Positions 26,962 through 34,235 of a stretch of DNA of 34,235 bases are shown here, piece by piece. Each line of letters begins with the position of its first letter. Position 1 is the first letter of the stretch. The notes beneath the pieces are model-generated. The model was not told where the DNA came from and searched no databases. It was given only the letters and a program-made list of their open reading frames with translations. A program made the translations under genes and the position numbers. The stretch spans positions 1-34,235 of the forward strand of contig NZ_JBDOPO010000366.1 of assembly GCF_039830215.1 (NCBI RefSeq). The letters are read 5' to 3'. Source of the DNA: Rubritalea sp. (GTDB lineage: Bacteria > Verrucomicrobiota > Verrucomicrobiia > Verrucomicrobiales > Akkermansiaceae).

Positions 26962-29220
26962 ATGTTTCGAATGAATCAAATCCTTTGGCTTTTAGCATTT
27001 ACGTTAGTTGGGTGTTATGGAGTGACTTTGAGTTGGGGTTTGCTGGCTGTGAGTGCGGTATGTGTGGCTTCGGCCGGTTTAAGCTCAGCAGTTGTCGGGT
27101 TTCGTGATGGCCTTCACTCGTCAAAACTGGATTGGCTGATTTGTGTAGTGGCCCTCTACTTTGGGGGGCGGGCGTGGTTTTCACCGGTTTGGGATATAGC
27201 GAAGGAGGATGTGTTGCTGTTATGTATGGGCCTGATTGTTTATTGGGGATTTCGTTCAGTGAAAATGACTGGTTCGGCTCTGACCGTGATTGCTGGATTT
27301 ATTTTAGTGAATGGCATCTATTTCTGTGTGCAGAAGGCTGGGGGTGATCTATGGCTCCCCTTAGATGGTGTTAGTCAACTCGCACAATCGACTCCGAATT
27401 TTGGATTGTTCCAAGATTATGGTGCTATGGGTAACGCAATGGCTGTGGTAGGAATGAGCTTTCTCAGTTGGGCAGTTTTGGCTCAAGATCTGAAGGTGAG
27501 GGGGAAATATTTGTTGGGGGTGTTGGGCTGTGTGGCTCTCATTTTAGCGTTCTTTTCTGGTTCACGTTCCACCGTGTTTTCGCTCATTGTCGCAGGAGGA
27601 CTTATGCTGCTGGTTCTTTGGTTGAGAGCTGGGGTTTTCGATGAGACCGCTAAAAAGCGGATGAGGCTATTAGTGGTGTTAGGTGGAGCCTGTGCTGCAG
27701 TTTTGGTGGGGGCGTTGTCTTTGAGGACATTTGCTGAACGTGATAACAAGGTCGTGAGCACGGGTGTCGTGACCGAATCAAATATACGAGCATCCTATTG
27801 GGGGATGGCTGTGGACCAATGGAGAGAAGCCCCTCTCGTGGGTGAAGGCGCTCGAGCTTATTCCTTTAAATTAGTCGATTTTTGGGAAGATAGTTTAGCG
27901 TCTTCTGATGCTACTCCTGAATTTGTGCATAACGAATACCTGCAGGTGCTAGCCGACTATGGAGCGCTTGGTTTATTTCTGCTGTTAGTCGTGCTAGGGT
28001 TGCATTGGAGTGCAGCACTCCGTTCCGTTTTACTGGCTGACAAGATATTTTCAGTTAGGTGGATGAGCTTGGCTGGTTTGTTAGGAATCACAGTGATAAT
28101 GGTCCATAGCTTCACTGATTTTCCACTGCGTTTGCCATTCAATATGTTTTTAGCCGCAGTCTGTTTGGGGTGGTGTGTTTCGGGTGAGGAGAAAGGTGAG
28201 AGGAGAAAGAGAATAGAGGCGAGGAAGAGTACAAGTTTGGACGATAAACCGACAAAGAAAAGAAGAGAGGAGAGGGACTCTGAAACTGGGGGAGGAAAAA
28301 GGATAAAGGATAAAGGGCTGGCTGCGATAATGATTTTACTTTCAGCTGGGATGTTGTTGTTCGCTGGCCGTGAAGTCTGGGCAGCAGCTCCCTTGGTACT
28401 TGAAAATCAGGATAGAGAGGGGCGGGCTGGGGCTGCAAATGGCGGTGAAGCTCTTCTAGAGGCATACACATTAGCAAATGGTCGGTCGCCAGACTTTCGT
28501 AGGAGCCAGCGTCTGGCTAAGATCTATCATTCTCGATACGGGCGCGGGGATGAAGCAGCCTTTTCACGGGCTGAGGAATTTTATAAAGAGTCGTTGCTTC
28601 GTCATCCTTATAATTCTGCGCCTTTGCTCAATTTGGCCAATCTGTATAGGGACGCAGAGATGTATGCTAATGCTGAAAAGTATTATGACCTAGCTGAGCC
28701 GTATGTGGCCTCTCGCGATTGGCACTTTAAGTACTATACGCATCGAGCTTGGATGATGATCGCGCAGGCTGAGAATGCATATAGGAATAAGGAATTCATA
28801 GCTGCTGACCAATATCTCATCGGGGCTGGAAGTTTGGTGAAGCAAGGATCCTCAGCATCAAAGCCAAGGTTGAATATAGAACGTGATTGTCATGTTTCCA
28901 GGGTGCGCATGGCCGTTGCTCGCGGAGCATATGACGCAGCTACGGATCTATGGCTAGAGACGAGAAAGCAGGTTAAACCATGGGTGATCAACGACAAAGA
29001 GGCTCGGGTCTATAGAGCGTTAGGAGAAGTCTATTATGCTGCCGCACTTCGAGAGTGGAAAACGAGAGAGCCTGAGCTAGCCAAGACTCTTTTTCTGAAG
29101 TCTAAAAAGTTGTACGGACTGGATAAAAGGGTTCACGGAAACAAAGGGGGCACACAACGAGACGCAAATGTGGCAAACATTGAGAAGTATCTTGAGGTTC
29201 TGGAAATGGGAGGTTTTTAA
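26962..29220 (+). CDS. O-antigen-ligase (Wzy_C) family protein with C-terminal TPR-like domain; candidate protein O-glycosylation ligase
   Basis: Multi-TM N-terminus, SGSRS, R..YW..A....PLVG.G, HNEYLQ.LADYG..G, HS..DFPL, then helical repeats (LLNLANLYRD, YRALGEVYY). Start could be 26959-26971. Confidence 0.85.
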   Translation: MFRMNQILWLLAFTLVGCYGVTLSWGLLAVSAVCVASAGLSSAVVGFRDGLHSSKLDWLICVVALYFGGRAWFSPVWDIAKEDVLLLCMGLIVYWGFRSVKMTGSALTVIAGFILVNGIYFCVQKAGGDLWLPLDGVSQLAQSTPNFGLFQDYGAMGNAMAVVGMSFLSWAVLAQDLKVRGKYLLGVLGCVALILAFFSGSRSTVFSLIVAGGLMLLVLWLRAGVFDETAKKRMRLLVVLGGACAAVLVGALSLRTFAERDNKVVSTGVVTESNIRASYWGMAVDQWREAPLVGEGARAYSFKLVDFWEDSLASSDATPEFVHNEYLQVLADYGALGLFLLLVVLGLHWSAALRSVLLADKIFSVRWMSLAGLLGITVIMVHSFTDFPLRLPFNMFLAAVCLGWCVSGEEKGERRKRIEARKSTSLDDKPTKKRREERDSETGGGKRIKDKGLAAIMILLSAGMLLFAGREVWAAAPLVLENQDREGRAGAANGGEALLEAYTLANGRSPDFRRSQRLAKIYHSRYGRGDEAAFSRAEEFYKESLLRHPYNSAPLLNLANLYRDAEMYANAEKYYDLAEPYVASRDWHFKYYTHRAWMMIAQAENAYRNKEFIAADQYLIGAGSLVKQGSSASKPRLNIERDCHVSRVRMAVARGAYDAATDLWLETRKQVKPWVINDKEARVYRALGEVYYAAALREWKTREPELAKTLFLKSKKLYGLDKRVHGNKGGTQRDANVANIEKYLEVLEMGGF

Positions 29221-29222
29221 TT

Positions 29223-30791
29223 ATGTGTGGAATTCTTTATAGTGCGCGTTGTTCTAGCAGAGAGTTTGAAGGGGCATTGCCGCTGATGGCTCATAGGGGG
29301 CCTGACGCACATGGTATAATCGATTTAAATGACGCTACTTTTGTCGGTCACCAAAGATTGAGCATTCTTGATCTAGGGACACACAGTAATCAGCCCTTTG
29401 TCTCTGTGGATGGAAACCTTGTTCTGTCTTATAATGGTGAGATCTACAACTTCCGAGAGTTAGCGGCTAAGTATTCTTTAGAGTGCAGGACGCATTGTGA
29501 TTCGGAGGTGTTACTGCTGCTCTACCAGAAGTTAGGTGTCCAATGCCTTGGTGAACTGAACGGCATGTTTGCCTTTGTCGTGGTTGATAGGCGAGATGGT
29601 TCAGTATTTGCCGCGCGCGACCGTCTGGGGGTCAAGCCTCTCTATATTGATCGCCGAGGAATGGCGCTGGCGTTTGCTTCAGAGATTGCACCATTGTTAG
29701 AACTTAATCCATCTTATGAGTGGGATGAAGAAGGCCTACGTCAGTATGTGAAACTGCGCACATGTTTCGGAAGTAAGACGATCTACCGTGGGATTGAGCA
29801 GCTTCCGGCAGGGAGTTACTATAGCAATGGCGTAGTCAAGAACTTCTGGGAGCTTCCAGAGGGGGGGCAAGAGCCACCAAGTGATGAGGAACTTCGCTTC
29901 CTTGTTGAGGACGCTGTTAGACTTAGGATGGTGTCGGATGTGCCAGTAGGATCCTACTTGAGTGGTGGATTGGACAGTACGATTATTGCTGGGCTATCCG
30001 GAGTGGAAGACGTTTGGTCGGTGGGGTTTACGGAGAAAAATGAATTTGAATACGCGCAATTGGCTGCGGATTCCTTTGGGTTGAAGCATACTCCATGCGT
30101 GGTGGATTCAGTGGAATTTCAGTCCACAGCGCAGGACATGATCCAAAAGCGCCGTGAGCCATTGAGTGTGCCTAATGAGGTTTTGATTTATCTAATGACT
30201 CAGCAGGTGAAGTTGAAAAATACAGTAGTGCTGAGTGGTGAAGGGGCTGATGAGCTTTTTTTTGGATATGATCGTATTTTTCGATGGGCCGCGGGAGCTG
30301 CTAAGTTTGACCTGAAGCAATTCGACAAGCTTTACAGCTATGGCTCCCACTCAGATGACGAGATCGTGGATTCCGTGCTGCAATCACATTTAAAAGTGGC
30401 CAAGTCCACTGAGGATGCCGTTGCTCGATTTTTCCAGTTAGATCACCTTCAAGGCTTACTCAGGAGGCTAGATAATTCGACGATGTCGGCCTCGGTTGAG
30501 GCTAGGGTTCCTTTTGTAGACCATCGATTGATCGAGCGATTCGCTGGGGTTTCATCGGACTATCGAATGGCGGATGGTGTGGTAAAGTCACCCTTGAAGC
30601 GTCTTTTCTCGGACATCGTTCCATCCCGCATTATTCAGCGTAAAAAAGTGGGTTTTCCCGTGCCATTAGAGAAAATTCCTTTTTATGACTCTAGTGAAAC
30701 GGGGACAGTGATGGATCAATGGTTAAAGTTTAACTTGAGGACTCTCACTGGTTGTGATGGTCTGTATCAGTACATTATTAAATCTCCCTAA
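29223..30791 (+). CDS. asnB: Asparagine synthase (glutamine-hydrolysing) family amidotransferase
   Basis: MCGI, HRGPD, NGEIYN, RDRLGVKPLY, LSGGLDS, LSGEGADELF.GY, E.RVPF.D. Confidence 0.93.
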   Translation: MCGILYSARCSSREFEGALPLMAHRGPDAHGIIDLNDATFVGHQRLSILDLGTHSNQPFVSVDGNLVLSYNGEIYNFRELAAKYSLECRTHCDSEVLLLLYQKLGVQCLGELNGMFAFVVVDRRDGSVFAARDRLGVKPLYIDRRGMALAFASEIAPLLELNPSYEWDEEGLRQYVKLRTCFGSKTIYRGIEQLPAGSYYSNGVVKNFWELPEGGQEPPSDEELRFLVEDAVRLRMVSDVPVGSYLSGGLDSTIIAGLSGVEDVWSVGFTEKNEFEYAQLAADSFGLKHTPCVVDSVEFQSTAQDMIQKRREPLSVPNEVLIYLMTQQVKLKNTVVLSGEGADELFFGYDRIFRWAAGAAKFDLKQFDKLYSYGSHSDDEIVDSVLQSHLKVAKSTEDAVARFFQLDHLQGLLRRLDNSTMSASVEARVPFVDHRLIERFAGVSSDYRMADGVVKSPLKRLFSDIVPSRIIQRKKVGFPVPLEKIPFYDSSETGTVMDQWLKFNLRTLTGCDGLYQYIIKSP

Positions 30792-30796
30792 AATTC

Positions 30797-31561
30797 TTGA
30801 AAATTTTCATATTAGCAGCCGGTAAAGGTGAACGTCTCTGGCCACTCACAAAAGACAACCCTAAGCCACTAGTCGATGTGGGAGGTGGCGTCACTTTACT
30901 TGATGAACAGCTGAAGAGGTTGAGTGAATGTGGAGTTGTTGATGAAGTGGTGGTCGTGACTGGTTATCTGGGCCATAAAGTCGATGAAAAAGTAGCCCAG
31001 TTAAATATCGATGGAATAGAGTTGAAGACGCTTTACAATCCGTTTTTTAGGCAGAGCAATAACCTAGCAAGTCTTTGGATGGCCCAGCACGAAATGCATG
31101 AAGACTTCATGGTGACCAATGGTGACAACCTATTCAACAAAGGCGTGTTTCGCAATTTTAGTGAAGCGTGTGTGGAGAATGGAATTTACCTTTCAGTCGG
31201 AGCCAAATCGGATTTCGATGTGGATGATATGAAGGTGACCCTGAGGGGGGAGTGCGTCACAAACGTGTCGAAGGAGATCGTGCCTGAAAAATGCCACGCC
31301 GAGTCGCCAGGCTTGTGTTTGGTGCGAGGAGAAGCTGCGCGCAAAACGTTTCGTGATGCAATGCGTTCTGAGCTGACGTCAGACTATGGCCTACATTCCT
31401 TTTGGTTGACTGTTTTCCGAAGGATTGCGGAAGAAGGAACCTGTGTAAAACCTTGGTTTTTTGATGCTCAAAATCGGTGGAGGGAAGTGGATATCCATCC
31501 TGATCTCAAACAAATGAAGCTTTTCTTAAGCAGGATGGTACAGAGCGAGGGACAACTGTAA
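30797..31561 (+). CDS. Phospho-alcohol/sugar cytidylyltransferase (LicC/IPCT-like NTP transferase)
   Basis: ILAAGKGERL.PLT...PKPL, VVTGY, YNPFF..NN..SLW, NGD, DDMKV, W.EVD...DL; TTG start. Confidence 0.85.
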   Translation: MKIFILAAGKGERLWPLTKDNPKPLVDVGGGVTLLDEQLKRLSECGVVDEVVVVTGYLGHKVDEKVAQLNIDGIELKTLYNPFFRQSNNLASLWMAQHEMHEDFMVTNGDNLFNKGVFRNFSEACVENGIYLSVGAKSDFDVDDMKVTLRGECVTNVSKEIVPEKCHAESPGLCLVRGEAARKTFRDAMRSELTSDYGLHSFWLTVFRRIAEEGTCVKPWFFDAQNRWREVDIHPDLKQMKLFLSRMVQSEGQL

Positions 31562-31574
31562 GAATCGAATAGAC

Positions 31575-32318
31575 GTGGGATCTCAAAAAAAATCTATGAG
31601 GCCAGAATGGTCAGAATTTTCTGACGCGGTGCATGACGGTGGAGGCCAATGGATGACCGAAGTCTACCACTATGCTGGGGCATTTTTTGCCTTCTTAGCA
31701 TCTCGCTGTAAAGTCACCCCAAACCAGCTCACTCTAGCAAGCGGCTTACTGGTAATCCTCGCAATGGTCTTGATGTTAGAGTTGGGGCTAGGTAGCTGGA
31801 TTGCTGCTATTGGAGTATTAGTGTTGATGGTTGTTTCCTACGCGCTTGATTGTGCTGACGGGCAGTTGGCTAGGGCTACCGGACAATGTTCAAAATATGG
31901 GACATGGCTCGACCATGTGGTGGATGCTGGGAAAATTTTTGTAGTGCATGGGAGCATCGGTTGGATGTTGCTAAATGCATCGATTGCACATGGGTTTCCT
32001 GCGAGTTGGTGCTTTCTTGGGATGTTTTTAAATATGGCGGGTTCGGCACTGTATTTCTTCGCATGGAACTACAAAGTGATGATTGCTGGGCAAGGTTTGA
32101 TTGTTAGGCTCGCTAATGAAAGATCGCAATCTCGAGTGCGGATGTTCCAGTTTTCGCAACAAATTACGGATTATGGATGGTTCCCACTACTTTTTATTTT
32201 GCTGATTGATCCGCAGAAATTTGCTCTAGCTTACTTTTTATACGGGGCGGGAACTTTTGTGATCTTTATGGCATATATCGTGGTTTCAGCCTGTTATATG
32301 ACTAAGTTAACAGACTAA
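31575..32318 (+). CDS. CDP-alcohol phosphatidyltransferase family protein
   Basis: TPNQLT and the full signature DCADGQLAR......YG..LD...D; several TM helices. Confidence 0.92.
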   Translation: MGSQKKSMRPEWSEFSDAVHDGGGQWMTEVYHYAGAFFAFLASRCKVTPNQLTLASGLLVILAMVLMLELGLGSWIAAIGVLVLMVVSYALDCADGQLARATGQCSKYGTWLDHVVDAGKIFVVHGSIGWMLLNASIAHGFPASWCFLGMFLNMAGSALYFFAWNYKVMIAGQGLIVRLANERSQSRVRMFQFSQQITDYGWFPLLFILLIDPQKFALAYFLYGAGTFVIFMAYIVVSACYMTKLTD

Positions 32319-32320
32319 AT

Positions 32321-33250
32321 ATGAATACTCAGAATAAGGAGTTCAAAGCTTGGCTTAAGTCGCCACTAGCTCTTCCCCTAAGCTTGATAGCGCTTGTCGT
32401 ACTCTATTATTTTTGTATCTGTGATGTCTACACGGTGTTAGATAACCGGAAGAGTCAAGTGTTTCAGTGGATGGTTGATTCTTGGAATGGGAGGAATGAC
32501 CTTCTGCATGGATTTGCAGTGCCATTTCTCTTTTTATTATTCTCGTATCAGTCGTTCAAAGTGATGCAGGATGAGCCTGACTCTAGTGGGAAAAGTGGGA
32601 TTGCCTTTTTGTTGCTAGGGCTACTGTTATTTGTTGGATCAGCTAGGACCATTCAGCCTCGTTTGGCCTTGATAGGCATTCCATTTTTGATTTCTGGCTC
32701 AGTGATCTACGCTTGTGGTTGGAGGGCGGGTAGGCACATGCTCTTTCCGGCATTTTTCTGGTGGTTTGCAATACCGGTGCCAGGGCTCAACCAGCTGACA
32801 AATTTCCTTCAAGTCTTTGTAACGCAGGCTTGCTACTACGTCGGAAGTGGCTTGGGCATGGATCTCATCAATACTGGAAATGACATTACATCGGCGACCG
32901 GCAAATGGAGTGAATTCAAAATTGCCGAGGGCTGCAGTGGAATTCGCTCGCTCATGGCATTGGTGATGATTGCTGCCATTTTCGCTTATTACACGCAGGA
33001 TAAATTGTGGAAGAAAGCTGTGTTGTTTGCCTCAGCTCTGCCGCTCGCTCTCTTCGGTAACTTTTGCCGAGTGTTTACTATCCTTGTATTGGCTGAATGC
33101 GGCTTTGAAGCATTTGCTGGTGGATTGTACCATGATTTTGCTGGGTTCTTCATATTCTTCCCTGCAGCGCTAGGGGGGCTAATTTTGTTGGATAGGTTAT
33201 TGAATCCGAAAAAATTTAGAAAAAAGGTGAAAGTCACCCAAAAGGGATAG
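32321..33250 (+). CDS. Exosortase (EpsH/Xrt family)
   Basis: About 8 TM helices, HG..VP, catalytic triad motifs IAEGCSGIRSL (Cys), N..R (Arg), YHD..G (His). Confidence 0.93.
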   Translation: MNTQNKEFKAWLKSPLALPLSLIALVVLYYFCICDVYTVLDNRKSQVFQWMVDSWNGRNDLLHGFAVPFLFLLFSYQSFKVMQDEPDSSGKSGIAFLLLGLLLFVGSARTIQPRLALIGIPFLISGSVIYACGWRAGRHMLFPAFFWWFAIPVPGLNQLTNFLQVFVTQACYYVGSGLGMDLINTGNDITSATGKWSEFKIAEGCSGIRSLMALVMIAAIFAYYTQDKLWKKAVLFASALPLALFGNFCRVFTILVLAECGFEAFAGGLYHDFAGFFIFFPAALGGLILLDRLLNPKKFRKKVKVTQKG

Positions 33251-33254
33251 AGCT

Positions 33255-34022
33255 ATGCAAAATTTGAAGAAAATGACGAAACGGCTGTGGATTCTTCTGT
33301 TTGTCTTGTCTCTGGGGTTTTCCATGATTTGGCTTCTGCCGAGTCAAAAGGAGATGGTTCTTTCCCGCTTGTCAAAGGATCTACCTAAGTCGATTGCCGG
33401 CTGGCAAAGTAGAAAGCAGCAAGTCAGTAAGGCTGAGCTAGAAGTTCTAGCTGCTGACACTGAGTTCGCGAGGAAATGGTATTTCACTCCAGCGTTGCCC
33501 GGCTTTAATGGAGTAGAGGTTTCAGTTGTGTTTTCAGGTAAGGATATCAACAATAGCTTGCATAGGCCCGAGGTTTGTCTGCGTGCGCAGGGGTGGAACT
33601 TTGTGAGGCAAAGGTCGCTTGTTCTATCTGGAATCCTCCCTGGTGGAGAAGATTTACCCGTGCGAGAGCTCGTTTGTGTCCGACCTAGAGTGGAGCAAAA
33701 TGGAGTCGAGCCCCCTAAAAATAAGGATGGAGAGCCAGTCTATGATATGCGCATACATTACTATACCTTCTTTGGTGCCGAAAAGATTGTCTCAGGTCAC
33801 TACGAGCGAACCTTTACGGATATCGAAGCCCGACTTTTACATGGCTACGACCAACAATGGGCATACGCGACTTTTAGCGTGGGAGTGACCTCGGTATATC
33901 TGGACCAAGGCTTCAATATCCCGGACGACCAAATTTATGATAAGCAGCAAAGCATTCAAATCATGCAGGAGTTCATGAAGAAACTGCTACCCCAGCTAGT
34001 AAAGCCGAATGGTAATTTCTAA
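33255..34022 (+). CDS. Exosortase-associated EpsI-family protein
   Basis: N-terminal TM, LP..I.GW, E..VL..D, SLHRPEVCL.AQGW. Confidence 0.88.
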   Translation: MQNLKKMTKRLWILLFVLSLGFSMIWLLPSQKEMVLSRLSKDLPKSIAGWQSRKQQVSKAELEVLAADTEFARKWYFTPALPGFNGVEVSVVFSGKDINNSLHRPEVCLRAQGWNFVRQRSLVLSGILPGGEDLPVRELVCVRPRVEQNGVEPPKNKDGEPVYDMRIHYYTFFGAEKIVSGHYERTFTDIEARLLHGYDQQWAYATFSVGVTSVYLDQGFNIPDDQIYDKQQSIQIMQEFMKKLLPQLVKPNGNF

Positions 34023-34105
34023 TTCTATTGAAGAGATTCTGGTACTCACCCTCAGTCAATTCTGTATAAAATCATCACCTGTACTTGGCTGGCCGGAGGG
34101 CTCAA

Positions 34106-34235
34106 TGAGCTGGACCCCGAAATTCGGACAGGTAGTTAAGCTATGATTTTGATGGAGGGGAGCGGTGCAAACCGCGAACCTAAACCAACAAAATGAAAGC
34201 AAAACGTAAAAGACACGAAGCTGAATTCAAAGCAC
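34106..34235 (+). mobile_element. Left end of an IS3-family element (runs off window)
   Basis: TGAGCTGGACCCCGAAATTCGGACA is a typical IS3 IRL. orfA starts at ATG 34193 (MKAKRKRHEAEFKA), similar to the orfA at 10838. Confidence 0.8.

Overview
A single-strand (+) run of about 30 genes forming a surface-glycan biosynthesis locus. Protein style suggests a Verrucomicrobia-type bacterium (inference). Left part (0.7-10.5 kb): RfaH/UpxY-type NusG paralogue with an ops-like element behind it, PAPS synthesis (DUF2061-cysC-cysD-cysN), a DegT aminotransferase, uxs, gmd, fcl and a WecG/TagA glycosyltransferase. Its spacers hold three copies of a ~125-bp structured repeat and 7/8-nt periodic tracts. A decayed IS3 element follows. 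Right part (12-34 kb): Wzy-like polymerase, an SGNH-fold protein lacking catalytic residues, Wzx, pyruvyl- and acyltransferases, GT2/GT4 enzymes, a GT69/GT62-like enzyme, an unexplained nucleotidyltransferase + NMP-kinase-like + APH-like kinase set, and a GDPD pseudogene. It ends in a tight block of O-antigen-ligase/TPR, AsnB, cytidylyltransferase, CDP-alcohol phosphotransferase, exosortase and EpsI, then the left end of a second IS3. Best candidates for new biology: a possible dedicated lipid-anchor or phosphodiester pathway next to the exosortase, the structured intergenic repeat system around gmd/fcl, and the orphan kinase/NTase module in a PAPS-making locus with no visible sulfotransferase. 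All calls are from motif recognition by eye; no searches were run.
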